Position numbers and translations under genes: made by a program. From contig OZ024760.1 of the NCBI GenBank assembly GCA_964016885.1, forward strand, positions 9,610,001-9,674,000: a DNA stretch of 64,000 nucleotides, read 5' to 3'. Origin of the DNA: Eledone cirrhosa. Taxonomy: Eukaryota. Of the stretch, positions 1-13,678 are shown piece by piece (the stretch's first letter is position 1; every line of letters begins with the position of its first letter). Below the pieces are notes generated by a model. The model had not been told where the DNA came from. It did no database searches and was given only the letters and a program-made list of their open reading frames with translations.

Positions 1-140
1 CTAATCGCATGACTCGCTAGTCTAGCAATCTATATGCATTGAGCACACTAATTCTCTCTACCGGCGAGTAATCTGCTTAACTAATCACCTTTCTCTCCTC
101 CTGATTAGCTTACTTTGCTTTTTACCCTGTATATATATAT

Positions 141-180
<40 letters not shown>

Positions 181-188
<8 letters not shown>

Positions 189-415
189 TAAAATAACAGA
201 TTAAAGTTTAAGCAAAGAATCGCTGCTTTCACCCTTAACGGGATCTTCTGAAACTAAAGTTTCAGAAGATCCTGTTAAGGGTGAAAGCAGCGATTATTTG
301 CTTAAACTTTAATCTGTTATTTTAATAAATATTTGCTCTACGGTTCTTATATATTTGATATATATTTATCCTTATCGAGCCCTCTTTGGATTTTAGTCTT
401 CAAATTTATTATTAT

Positions 416-420
<5 letters not shown>
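181..420. mobile_element. Fold-back (palindromic) mini-element between (TA)n tracts, family B; probably Penelope pLTR-derived
   Basis: 181-255 is the reverse complement of ~259-332; the long arm runs to 420 and ends on (TA)n. Arms carry CAGAAGA-tccc/ggg hairpin-GAAA (degenerate hammerhead-like core). Near-identical inverted copy at 56170-56395. Confidence 0.75.
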
Positions 421-490
<70 letters not shown>

Positions 491-511
491 CATGTATATA
501 TATATATATAT

Positions 512-1029
<518 letters not shown>

Positions 1030-1204
1030 TATTTCAGTTGATAAATGATTGATATATAAATGAATGTTTCTCAGGAAGATGGCGAGATGGATCTATCGTA
1101 TCGAGACTAGTAATATAGTTATATAACTACTATTGCTAGTCACTATATTGATTTATTATGATCAATCAACCTTCTGAAATGATTGTAAAAAAGAATGAAC
1201 TGAT

Positions 1205-1271
<67 letters not shown>

Positions 1272-1499
1272 CATGACTGTGTAGCTTGTTTAGAATGCAC
1301 AACGGAATTTTATATGATGAAAGATTACTATAAAAACAGAAACTCACTTGATCTTGTTGAAATTCAGGACTACATGAAGTTCTAACAATGTTATCGGCTC
1401 TACCATAAATATGTAGATATTAGTATATATATATATACATACATATCCATCTTTTTCCTTCTCCGTAACACAACGACTTACTAATAAGTAAACAAATCC

Positions 1500-1775
1500 A
1501 CTATCCTGATGTCTTCCAACAGTAACGGTAGCATTTTGAAAGGGTATGTCAATATTTATTTATAAAACTGGTATATATTGTATTTTGTCTGATGAAAGCA
1601 TACCATAATTTAATGGTATCCTTGAAATATGTATAATAAAATATATATGGTTTTATAAATATAGTTTCCATTTGTTAATATCGTATATCTACTCCAAATA
1701 CTTGTCGAGTGCTTTATATCAGTTATAAAAATATTTGCTTGTTGTATCCCAACAATTTAAATAGAACTTTTGCAT
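1500..1775 (+). mobile_element. Family A hammerhead mini-element (solo pLTR-like), most complete copy
   Basis: Shared body gggtatgtcaatatttatttataaaac...ctgatga...ggttttataaatatagtttccatt...gagtgctttatatcagttataaa...TTGCA+(TA)n. Relatives at ~3005, 23470, 33100, 50640-50976, 58400 and a 3' stub at 37960-38003. Confidence 0.75.
1581..1643 (+). ncRNA. Minimal hammerhead ribozyme (family A)
   Basis: tattttgt / CTGATGA (1589-1595) / aag-cataccat..atggtat-cctt / GAAA (1624-1627) / tatgta / TA / ataaaata. Confidence 0.75.
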
Positions 1776-1894
1776 ATATATATATATATGTATGTATATA
1801 TATATATATACTTGGTGTTTTTTGTTGTGATGCCCACACAACCACTTTACAGTGTAGGCAGGGCGCTTTTTGTCATGTCACCATCATATATATT

Positions 1895-1933
<39 letters not shown>

Positions 1934-2020
1934 CATCATCATCATCTTCATTTAACATCCATTTTCCACGCTAACATGGGTTAAACGGAGCATGGGTTAT
2001 ATATATATATATATATATAT

Positions 2021-2272
2021 ATGATGGTGACATGACAAAAAGTGCCCTGCCTACACTGTAAAGTGGTTGTGTGGGTATCACAACAAAAAACACCCAGCAC
2101 TCACTGTAAATGAGGTTGGCGTTAGGAAGGGCATCCAGCTGGATGAAACTAAGCCAAAATCAGTACGAACAAGACATGGTCACCTGACCCGGCATTGCTC
2201 ACAACAGGATAACTCATCTAACCCATGCCGGCGTGGAAAATGTACAACGGTGATGATGACGATGATGATGAT
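2021..2272 (+). mobile_element. 5'-truncated SINE with RTE-type tail; part duplicated in inverted orientation at 1811-1887
   Basis: Central motif ggttggcgttaggaagggcatccagctg, (ATG)n tail; 1811-1887 is the reverse complement of 2021-2098. Confidence 0.75.
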
Positions 2273-2295
2273 ATAAATATATATATATATATATA

Positions 2296-2846
2296 TCATC
2301 ATCATCATCATTTTACGTCCGCTTTTCCCTGCTTGCAAGGGTGGGACGGGTCTTATTCAGCACAGCATCTCTCCACTTGTCACGGTCCTTCGTCATCTCC
2401 ACCATGAGCTTCAATGATCTGAGGTCTGTTCTCACCACCTCCGCCCATGTTTTTCGTGGTCTACCTCTACCACGTCTTCCTTCAACTGGCATTTCCTGGC
2501 ACTTCTTCACCCATCGGTCATCCTCCATGCGCATCACATGTCCATACCACCTCAGTCTCCTCTACCGTACACTACATTCTATCCCTCTCAGACACAGTTT
2601 CTCTCTCAACACATCACATGTCCATACCAACTCAGTCTCCTCTCCTGCACACTACATTCTATCCCTCTCAGACAGTTTCTCTCTCAACACATCACATGTC
2701 CATACCACCTCAGTCTCCTCTCCCGTACACTACATTCTATCCCTCTCAGACACAGTTTCTCTCTCAACACATTTATGCTGGGTCGTTCACGCACATTGAC
2801 ACTGCACATCCAACGGAGCATGCTTGCCTCATTTCTCTCCAGCCGT

Positions 2847-2850
<4 letters not shown>
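2296..2850 (-). mobile_element. RTE-clade LINE 3' fragment with an internal ~80-bp triplication
   Basis: Minus strand reads RRLERNEASMLRWMC...RRLRWYGHVMRMEDDRWVKKCQEMPVEGRRGRGRPRKTWAEVV...DRDKWR, stop, (ATG)n tail; the ~2533-2770 segment occurs three times. Confidence 0.9.
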
Positions 2851-2882
<32 letters not shown>

Positions 2883-3038
2883 CAAAGAGATATTTAATTT
2901 GTTGGTTATTCAACAAATTTATTTATAACAGATTCAAAGCACTCTACATATTTTTCTTCTGAAGTATAATATCAAACTGAACTTAAAACAATAAGTTCTT
3001 GTTTTTTGGATATGTCAATATTGATAAAACAACTTTTG

Positions 3039-3099
3039 TATTTTATCTGATGAGAGCGTACCAAAATTTTGATACCCTTGAAATATATATAATAAAATA
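3039..3099 (+). ncRNA. Minimal hammerhead ribozyme (family A, in element ~2880-3142)
   Basis: tattttat / CTGATGA 3047-3053 / stem II / GAAA 3080-3083 / tatata / TA / ataaaata; inverted family A 3' terminus at ~2880-2950. Confidence 0.7.
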
Positions 3100-3210
3100 A
3101 ATATGGTTTTATAAAGATAGTTTCCATTTATTAATATCATTGATATATATATATATATATATATATATAAAGAATATATAAATTACTAGTGTTTAATTAC
3201 ATTATTAAAT

Positions 3211-3283
3211 TGATTTACGCATGTTTCTTTCAAATACAAAAGGAAGTATCATTTTATTCTCTGTACTGAATTCTTCAGAATCA
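3211..3283 (-). ncRNA. Hammerhead ribozyme, different family, minus strand
   Basis: Reverse complement: tgatt / CTGAAGA / ttcagtacagag..ttttgtatttgaa / GAAA / catgcg / TA / aatca. Confidence 0.6.
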
Positions 3284-3346
3284 TTAAATAATACTAAAAA
3301 GACAATTATTTACTTTACCAACCGTATATATATATATATATATATA

Positions 3347-3486
<140 letters not shown>

Positions 3487-3489
3487 AGA

Positions 3490-3590
3490 TATAAAAGATA
3501 CAGAAGCGAAAACCAACCAAACAGTGAGTGTGTTCTGTTATTAATTCTGGCAATATTATTACAACAATATGACCCTCCCCAAGTATAACA
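3490..3590 (+). mobile_element. 3' terminus of an unclassified (TA)n-inserted element (ends atgaccctcc..ataACA)
   Basis: Same terminal motif on the minus strand from 16969 and in the fold-back units at 32151-33025. Confidence 0.55.
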
Positions 3591-3890
3591 ATATATATAT
3601 ATATATATTTCTGTGTGTGTGAGTGTGTGTATGTATGTGTGAGTGTGTGTATGTATGTGTGAGTGTGTGTATGTGTGTGTGAGTGTGTGTATGTGTGTGA
3701 GTGTGTGTATGTGTGTGTGAGTGTGTGTATGTGTGTGTGAGTGTGTGTATGTATGTGTGAGTGTGTGTATGTGTGTATGTGTGTGTGAGTGTGTGTATGT
3801 GTGTGTGAGTGTGTGTATGTGTGTGTGTATACAAAGACAGAGCAAGAAGGGGGATGATAGTTATACATCATTCTAAAATATCAATACAAT

Positions 3891-4240
3891 CCAGTTGTCC
3901 CCCCAGTATTTGCAGGTGTTACATTTCTAAATCACCCATGAAGAGTGAAAAACCACAAATTTTGGACATTGTCCATAAAAATGTCTATAAACGATAAAAC
4001 ATAACATAAAATATAGGTCGGCAAATATTGTATATTTTTATTAATAATTTAGTGTTAAAAAACGTGGAAAAAATATATATTGCCACGAAATAAGCCATAA
4101 AAAAGATCGCAGAAGCTATTTACTATCCCGTGAATATGGGGTGGTTTCCATGAACAACTATTAGTTAGGTTCTAAGGAAAAATCCGCGAATAACCGGGAC
4201 CGCAATTGGTGGAATTGCGAATGCTGGGAGGTACATTGTA
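3891..4240. mobile_element. Degenerate Tigger/pogo-like MITE
   Basis: Left end cagttgtcccccagtatttgc; right end gcgaatgctgggaggtacattg-TA; imperfect terminal inverted repeats. Confidence 0.45.
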
Positions 4241-4261
4241 TCATCATCATCATCATCATTT

Positions 4262-4588
4262 CATTTTACGTCCACTTTTCCCTGCCTGCAAGGGTGGGAC
4301 GGGAACTGATTCTGGCTTGATTTCTACAGCTGGATGCCCTTCCTAACACCAACCTCATTTACAGTGAGTGCTGGGTGCTTTTTTGCCATGACACCTCCAC
4401 AAGCACTTTGCAGTGGAATGATAGGGACCCCAGTCCCTATTATCTCATTTCTACAGCTGAGTAAACTGGAGCAATGTGAAATAAAGTGTCTTGCTCAAGG
4501 AAACAACACATCACCCGGTCTGAGAATTGAACTCACAGCCTTTCGATTGCAAGGCCAATGCTCTAACCACTAAGCCATGTGCCTCCAT
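4262..4588 (-). mobile_element. tRNA-derived SINE family 1 (RTE tail), full length
   Basis: Reverse complement of 10167-10490; A/B boxes, (ATG)n tail, head abuts (TA)n. Confidence 0.9.
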
Positions 4589-4607
4589 TATATACATATA
4601 TATATAC

Positions 4608-4819
<212 letters not shown>

Positions 4820-5110
4820 AGGTTGGTGTTAGGAAGGGCGTCCAGCTGTAGAAATCAAGCCAGAATCAGTTCCCGTATGAGCAAGACAAGGTCAGCCGAC
4901 TGGGCACTGCCCACAACAGGACAAACCTTCTAACCCATGCTAGCGTGGAAGAATGGATGTAAAATGGCGATGATGATGATGATGATGATGATGTGTGTGT
5001 GTGTGTAAATGAAAGTTTAAGGATTATTATTAAAGCATTTAATGGAATTATGCAGGACTAGATTTAGATAGACCTTGGTAGTTCAGGTTTGGCAGGCACC
5101 TCATATAACA

Positions 5111-5199
<89 letters not shown>

Positions 5200-6369
5200 C
5201 ACATATAAGCAGGGAGAGATAGACATATAGAGAGAAAGACAGAAAAGACAGAAAAGACTGAATAGAGATGAAAAGATTTGAATTTCTTCAAATACATCAG
5301 CTTTCTAACAGGTCATGATGTCAAATAATGGAGATGCCAAAAGGTCACTGGGTACATATATACAGCATCACCCCCTACTTTCACCAACTGGTGTTGCTAA
5401 AGTAAAGAAACTTTGATTAAATGGTACAAAAGCAACATCAATTACATTTTTAAAAAACATACTCTTTAAAAGATAAAATGATGTTTGTGATCAGGGCTCC
5501 ATTCTTAAATGGCAGCAGGAGCTCTGTTTGAAGTGAGGAGCATGCTTCAAAAAGAGGCACTATTTGATAAAGGGGGCCCAGAGCATTCACCCTCACTGCT
5601 TTTGATAAATCCTGGATTTATGAACTCATCAGAATCAATCAAATGCAAATACAAGCCTTACATGTTTTGAAGTCCAAGAGAGAGAAAAAAGCAAAGATTG
5701 TAAACAACAGTATTGAAATATTGCAGGAGAAAAGGTTAAAATTTATGGAAGCCTAAAGACATAATGAAAAATTTATAAATGATAAAAAATATTTTAAAAA
5801 ATTTGTTCAATAACTATATATATTTTACAAGCTAAGATATATCGATATAAAATATACCAAACACCGTCACAATTACATAAATGGAACTGCAAATAACTTT
5901 AAACCTAGTTTTATTCATATTTACATGGGTTGTTTTCTTAACAATACAGACCTAAATAATTTATCTCATTGGAAACTAGAATTTGATACTACAAGCACCA
6001 CTACCAGCACCAGCACCACCACTACTACTACCACCACCACCACCACCATCACCACCACCTCCACAACCACTACTACCACCACCACAGTCACTGCCACCAG
6101 CATCACCACCACCACCACCACCACCACCACAACCACTACCATCACCTTCTAAAACCCAATTTTTCCCCTCTGACATTATTCAATGATCCTACTTGAAGGT
6201 CATATGTCATGAGATGAGGGAGGATGCAGGAGGTAAATAGCTAAGTACAAAAAGACATGATTTAACCAGTCAACAATTTAGGGCAACTGTAAATGTATTA
6301 TTGGTGGGATAATATATTTAATTATTGATGTAACATTTAAAGTTGTTTTGGCTGATGTCATATCATTGA

Positions 6370-6882
6370 TTAACCTTTTCATTACCATATTTCTAATGTA
6401 AGACACTGTCTATGTCATTAACCCTTTCATTACCATATTAGTAATGAAAGACACTGCCTATGCCATTAACCCTTTCATTACCATATTTCTAATATGTCAT
6501 TAACCCTTTCATTACCATATTTCTAATGAAAGACACTGTCTATGTCATTAACCCTTTCATTACCATATTTCTAATGTAAGACACTGCCTATGCCATTAAC
6601 CCTTTCATTACCATATTTCTAATGTAAGACACTGCCTATGTCATTAACCCTTTCATTACCATATTTCTAATGTAAGACACTGCCTATGTCATTAACCCTT
6701 TCATTACCATATTTCTAATAAAAGACACTGTCTATGTCATTAACCCTTTCATTACCATATATCTAAAGAAAGACACTACCTATGTCATTAACCCTTTCAT
6801 TATAATATTACTAACGAAAGACATTACCTATGTCATTAACCCTTTCATTACCATATATCTAAAGAAAGACATTGTCTATGCT
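6370..6882 (+). repeat. 48-bp minisatellite (~11 copies) from the left end of a piggyBac-like MITE
   Basis: Unit TTAA-ccctttcattaccatatttctaatgaaagacactgtctatgtca; same unit at 62801-63068. Confidence 0.85.
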
Positions 6883-7264
6883 TTTGAAATCATTTTGAAA
6901 TAATAAAGAATTTCAAAGGATTTAATAATACAACTAATGCTTTATTTATTTCATGTTTGGAATGTAACTTAACAAAATTATGATATTATTATTTTAGATA
7001 CATATAAAAATTTTAAAATAAACACATTTGCATAATAGAAGGAGGGAAAATTTCTGGGAGTTTGGTATGAATATGTCTACCATTAAAGAGATAGAGCTTA
7101 ATACAACCACGGCCACCACCACAACCACCACCACCAACAATAACAACTACAACAACAATAACATCAACATCAGCTTTTTACCACATTGTATCTTAAGCAA
7201 GTATCTTCTGAACTTGAGTCAACCAAAGCCAAGTGAAACATTTGATGGTTCTGGTTTTGTCCTC

Positions 7265-7453
7265 TGATCAGATAGATAGTTATTGATTTGACTGATAGAT
7301 AGTTCTTGGTCTGTTAACTTGACCGATAGATAGTTCTTGGTCACTAGACTTGACCGATAAATAGTTTTTGGTTACTAGACTTGACCTATAAATATTTCTT
7401 GGTCAGTAGACTTGACTGATAGTTAATTATTTGTCTGTTAACTTAACCAATAG

Positions 7454-7492
<39 letters not shown>

Positions 7493-8492
7493 GTTTAACG
7501 TCCATCTTCCACGCTTGCATGGGTTTGGACGGTATGTTTCTTTATTAGCCACAGGGGCATAAAAGAAAGGGACAAATACAAAGGGGGAAGTTTACATACA
7601 ATAAAAAACGTGTAAAATACTATCACAAATGCAATTTAAAAATTAATCGATTATCCCCAATAGGGGGAGACATCTATTGGTTAACTTAACCAATAGATAG
7701 TTCTTTCTTGGTCACTAGACTTGACCGATAGTTAATTCTTGGTCTGTTAACTTAACCAATAGATAGTTCTTTCTTGGTCACTAGACTTGACCGATAGTTA
7801 ATTCTTGGTCTGTTAACTTAACCAATAGATAGTTCTTTCTTGGTCACTAGACTTGACCGATAGTTAATTCTTGGTCTGTTAACTTAACCAATAGATAGTT
7901 CTTTCTTGGTCACTAGACTTGACTGATAGTTAATTCTTGGTCTGTAACTTAACCAATAGATAGTTCTTTCTTGGTCACTAGACTTGACCAATAGTTAATT
8001 CTTGGTCTGTTAACTTAACCAATATATAGTTCTTTCTTGGTCACTAGACTTGACCGATAGTTAATTCTTGGTCTGTTAACTTAACCAGTAGATAGTTCTT
8101 TCTTGGTCACTAGACTTGACCGATAGTTAATTCTTGGTCTGTTAACTTAACCAATATATAGTTCTTTCTTGGTCACTAGACTTGACCGATAGTTAATTCT
8201 TGGTCTGTTAACTTAACCAATAGATAGTTCTTTCTTGGTCACTAGACTTGACCGATAGTTAATTCTTGGTCTGTTAACTTAACCAGTAGATAGTTCTTTC
8301 TTGGTCACTAGACTTGACCGATAGTTAATTCTTGGTCTGTTAACTTAACCAATATATAGTTCTTTCTTGGTCACTAGACTTGACCGATAGTTAATTCTTG
8401 GTCTGTTAACTTAACCAGTAGATAGTTCTTTCTTGGTCACTAGACTTGACCGATAGTTAATTCTTGGTCTGTTAACTTAACCAGTAGATAGT
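7265..8492. repeat. 66-bp minisatellite (~12 copies, 7681-8492) built of two ~33-bp sub-repeats; diverged monomers at 7265-7453
   Basis: Unit ttaacttaaccaatagatagttctttcttggtcactagacttgaccgatagttaattcttggtctg. Confidence 0.9.
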
Positions 8493-8506
8493 TGTTTGTC
8501 TGTAGC

Positions 8507-8690
8507 ACCCAGCCCACACTGTAAAGTGGACGTAGAGGAGCAACAGAAAAAAAAAATCACCCAGCACTCACTGTAAATGAGGTTGGTGTTAGGAAGGGCA
8601 TCCAGCTGTAGAAATCAAGCCAGAATCAGTTCCCGTCCCACCCTTGCAAGCAGGGAAAAGCGGACATAAAATGATGATGATGATGATGAT
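8507..8690 (+). mobile_element. SINE family 1, 5'-truncated
   Basis: Matches the 3' half of 10167-10490; (ATG)n tail. Confidence 0.85.
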
Positions 8691-10166
8691 ACATAATATT
8701 CATACACAAATATATATATACATACAATATATACACACATGATTTATAACAAATGTGGTGTGGGAATATGAACATGGGTGTGTAAAATATTCTTTTGTTC
8801 TGTCAATATTGATTGAGAATTTATTGGTTTTGATTGGTTTCACGTGTGAGTGTGTGTATGTGTGTATGTGTGTGTGAGTATGTGTGTGTGTGTGTGTATG
8901 TGCGCGTGTGTATGTGTGTGCGTGTGTATGTGTGTTTGGATTGCTTTCATGTTTAGGGATTAACTCAGAGCTTGTGAGTCAAGTCTAGCTTTGAGCTGTG
9001 TATGTGTGTGTGTGTGTATGTCTGTGTGTGTGTGTGTGGGGGGGGTGTATGCATGAGTGTGTGTCTGTGGGTGTCAATGTGTATGTGTGTGTGTATGTGT
9101 GAGTGTAGGTGTGTGTGCGTTTATATATGTGTGTGAGCATGAGTGTGTATTTGTAAGTGTGTGTGTATGTGCGTGTGTGTGTACATGTGAGTGTGTGTGT
9201 ACGTGTGTTTATATATGTATATGTATGTGAGTGTATGTATGTGTGTGTGTGTATGTATGTGTGTGTGTGTATGTATATGTGTGTGTAAGTGCGTGTATGT
9301 GGGCGTGTGTGTGTGCGTATGTGAATGTATATGTGTGTGTGTGTGTATGTGTGTGTGTGTGTATGTGAGTGTGTGTGTGTATGTGAGTGTGTGTGTGTGT
9401 GTGAATGTGAGTGTGTGTGTGTGTATGTATGTGAGTGAGTGTGTGTATGTATGTGAGTGTGTGTGTATTACATGTTTAGAGATAGCTAAACATGTGACAA
9501 CTATATTTTACAGACAGAAGTTATACAATGGTGGAAATATTAAAAGAAGATGAAGTAATGACTTGTGAAACCTGCTAGAGTTGTGTGTGCGTGTGAGAGT
9601 GTTTCTGTGTACGCCTGTGTGTCTATGTGTGTGTATGTATGTGTGTGTGTCTATGTGTGTGTATGTATGCATGTGTATGTGTGTGTATGTGTGTGTATGT
9701 ATGCGTGTGTATGTGTGTGTGACAGGGTTTTTATGTTTATGGCCTGCTGGGTGTGAGAGTGTTTCTGTGTATGCATGTGTGTCTATGTGTGTGTGTGTAT
9801 GTGTGTGTATGTGTGTGTATGTGTGTGTATGAATGTGTGTGTATGTATGCGTATGTACGTGTGTGTGACAGGGTTTTTATGTTTATGGCCTGCATTATGT
9901 GTATGTTTTCAATGCCACACCAGTTAAACTATAAATACAAAATATATCTATATCTATATATGCACATCTATTTATATATGTATATCTATATATATATATA
10001 TATCTATATATAGATATATCTATATCTATATGTATATCTATATATATATGTATATGTATATCTATATATATATTTATATGTATATCTATATCTATATATG
10101 CATATCTATTTATATGCATATCAATATATATATATCTATATGTATATCTATATATCATCAATATAT

Positions 10167-10490
10167 GGAGGCACATGGCTTAGTGGTTAGAGCATTGGCC
10201 TTGCAATCGAAAGGTTGTGAGTTCAATTCTCAGACCGGGTGATGTGTTGTTTCCTTGAGCAAGACACTTTATTTCCCATTGCTCCAGTTTACTCAGCTGT
10301 AGAAATGAGATGATAGGGACTGGGGTCCCTATCATTCCACTGCAAAGTGGTCGTGGGGGTGCCACGGCAAAAAAGCCCCCAGCACTCACTGTAAATGAGG
10401 TTGGTGTTAGGAAGGGCATCCAGCTGTAGAAATCAAGCCAGAATCAGTTCCCGTCCCACCCTTGCAAGCAGGGAAAAGCGGACGTAAAAA
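10167..10490 (+). mobile_element. tRNA-derived SINE family 1, full length
   Basis: A box tggcttagtgg, B box gagttcaattc, ccttgagcaagacactt motif, central ggaagggcatccagctgtag motif; 3' end matches the RTE LINE end at 2310-2350. Confidence 0.9.
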
Positions 10491-10940
10491 AGATGGCTGA
10501 ATGCTAAAGTTTTCCAGTTGTGACAATTAATTGAACAATTTAGAGATTTATTAAATTTAATATGAATGTTTGAAGACATCCACTGCTGTTTGTCTTTGTT
10601 AATTAATTAACAAGGGTCAATTAGACAATATATAATAGCAATATAGTGAATGTCTTATGACAAATCCTCCAGTAGTTGGTGAGCTCTTATTTTTGGAGGT
10701 AAAATGTCTGGAACAACAAATATGGTGGATATATTACTGCTTATAACTTAGGTGATAACTCTCTCTCTCTCTCTCTCACACACACTCTCTCTCTCATACA
10801 CACTCTCTGTCTCTCTCTCATACACACTCTCTCTTTCACACACACACACACATAGACACTTTCTCTCTCTCACACACACACACACTCTCTCGCTCACACA
10901 CTCTCTCTCTCATACACACACTCTCTCTCACACACACACA

Positions 10941-10972
<32 letters not shown>

Positions 10973-11368
10973 CTGTCTCACACACTCTCTCTCTCTCTCA
11001 TACACACTCTCTCTTTCACACACGCACACCACCACCACCACCACCACCACCACCACCACCTCCATCGTCACCAAGACCATCACCACCTCCACTACCATCA
11101 AGACCATCACCACTACCACCACCACCACCACCACCACGACGACGACGACGACCACCACCACCACCACCACCACCACCATCAAGACCACCACGACCACCAC
11201 CACCACCACCACCACGACCATCACCACCACCATCATCAAGACCACCACCACCAAGACCACCACCACCACCACCACCAATACCACGACCACCACCACCATC
11301 AAGACCACCACCACCACCACCACCACCACCACCACCAATCTCTGTGGCTGGTATAATTATTTGACATT

Positions 11369-11382
11369 CCAGTAGGTGGCGT
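11369..11382 (+). promoter_or_regulatory. Candidate CTCF-binding motif
   Basis: CCAGTAGGTGGCGT matches the CTCF core CCASYAGRKGGCR, in a short non-repetitive island between microsatellites. Confidence 0.3.
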
Positions 11383-11687
11383 TGTTGTCTCCCTTAAGGT
11401 TTACATAAGGATTCCAAATATATCACTAGATGGACATGTGTATATATGTGTATATATGTGTATATATGTGTATATATGTATGTGTGTATGTGTATATATG
11501 TATGTGTGTATGTGTATATGTATGCATGTGTGTGTGTGTATATGTATGTGTGTATGTATGTATGTATGTAAGTACGAATGTATGTGTGTATGTATATACG
11601 TATGTATGTGTGTATGTATATATGTATGTATGTGTGTACATATGCATGTATGAATATATGTATGTATCATCATCATCATCATCATCA

Positions 11688-12106
11688 ACGTTTAACGTCC
11701 GTGTTCCACGCTTGCATGGGTTTGGACGGGGGTAGTCCCACTTGAGGCAAGAGTGATTGTCTTGCTCGCATAGGACTGTCTGGCAGGTTTTCTACAGTTG
11801 GATGCCCTTCCTAACACCAACCACATTTACAGTGTGGGTCTGGGAGGTTTTTACCGTGTTGCCTACACGGCCACATTACAGCGTGGACTGTGTGTTTTTT
11901 TGTCGTGACACCTACACGATCTCATTTGTTTCGGCCTGGATGGCGCGGCACCAACATAACTTTACATAGGACGGGTGGTGTGGATGGGTGGGGGAGGTGG
12001 CGGGACGGGATGTATTTTGTTAGAGATGCCTACTGGCAAGGCGGGTCTTCTCTGTTACTGAGTACCGCCAAAGGTCTCGGTCCAGTGACATTGTCTTGGA
12101 GAGGTG

Positions 12107-12107
<1 letters not shown>
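11688..12107 (-). mobile_element. SINE-like element with RTE tail (variant of family 1)
   Basis: (CAT)n tail at 11667-11687; body matches 19370-19600. Confidence 0.7.
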
Positions 12108-12139
<32 letters not shown>

Positions 12140-12745
12140 TTATGTATATGTATGTGTGTATATGTATGTATATATATATATGTGTGTATGTGTGTGTAAT
12201 TGTATATGTATGTGTGTATGTATGTATATATATATATATATATGTATATGCATGTATATATGAATGTATATATATATATGTGTGTGTATGTTTGAATGAA
12301 TGTATATATATATGTGTGTGTGTATGTATGAATGTATATATATATATATATGTGTATGTATGAATGTATATATATATATATATATATATACATTCATACA
12401 TACACATATATATATATATACATTCATACATACACACATATATATATATATATATACATTCATACATACACACACACATATATATATATACATTCATTCA
12501 CACATACACACATATATATACATTCATATATACATACATATACATATATATATATATATACATACACACATACATATACATACACACACATATATATATA
12601 TATATACATACATATACACACATACATATACATACACACACACATACACATACATATATATATATACATACATACATATATTCATACATGCATATGTACA
12701 CACATACATACACACATATATATATATATATATGTGTATGTATGA

Positions 12746-12829
<84 letters not shown>

Positions 12830-13096
12830 ATATATATATGTGTATGTATGTATATATTCTCCCTTCCTCATAATTTTGAGTTTATTTTTGACTGGCCACC
12901 TGCCTGGAGGCAAGGTTGTAAAGAAAATAAAAGTTGTTGCTGTCTCTTTGAATTGTAAGAATGTTTTAGAGATTTTGTAGGTTTCAGATATTGCAGCCAT
13001 TTGTAGTTTCTGAATGAAGAAGCTACGTTCTTTCTCCATAAATTCAAGTTCAACCATACTTTTGTCTAGTCAGATTGGTATAAAATCTGTAGCTCC

Positions 13097-13442
13097 AATA
13101 ATTGTTTCTACTTTTGGCACAAGGCCAGCAATTATCCCAGTACATTACTGGTACTTTATTTTATCGACCCCGTAAGGATGAAAGGCAAAGTTAACCTCGG
13201 CGGGATTTGAACTCAGACGACCATAAAGGGCCGTAACTCTATGTGTCAAAGAATGGCGTTCGACGCTCTACCGATACTGCCAAACCACATCTAATAATTA
13301 TTTCTAGTATAGGCACAAGGCCAGTAATTTGGGAGAAGGGGAAAGTCGATTAAATCGACACCAGTACGTTACTGGTGCTTTATTTTATCGGCCCCGTAAG
13401 GATGTAAGGCAAAGTTAACCCCGGTGGGATTTGAACTCAGAA
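13097..13442 (-). mobile_element. Two tandem copies of tRNA-derived SINE family 2 (Nin/Deu-like domain)
   Basis: Reverse complement contains gagttcaaatcccgccgaggttaactttgcctttcatccttacggggtcgataaaataaagtaccag...ggccttgtgccaaaagtagaaacaatta. Further copies near 16505, 17755, 23862, 48225, 50212, 51826, 55075, 57685, 61713, 61921, 62130 and 63100. Confidence 0.9.
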
Positions 13443-13445
13443 TCG

Positions 13446-13678
13446 GGGGTTCGATTACTGGGCTGCGTGTTGTGTTCTTGAGCAAAACACTTCATTTCAC
13501 GTTTCTCCAGTATACTCATCTGTAGTAAAGTACCAGCAATAGCTGGAGGTTTAACCCTGCGATGGACTGGCGTCCTGTCCAGGGGGGAGTCTTGTACTCT
13601 CAGTCACTTCATGCCATGAAACCAGGATAAGCACCGGCCAAATGAGGCTTCTGGCTTAAGACAGACTTTAGACTTTTT
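13446..13678 (+). mobile_element. SINE family 3 fragment
   Basis: B box ggttcgattac, cttgagcaaaacactt motif, ccctgcgatggactggcgtcctgtccagggg domain, gacttt tail. Confidence 0.7.

Noticed and set aside
5595-5640. Minus-strand CTGATGA plus hairpin as a hammerhead
   Set aside because: Followed by CAAAA rather than GAAA, and no stem I partner found.
10167-10245. tRNA gene
   Set aside because: The tRNA-like head continues into a SINE body and tail and occurs in several copies.
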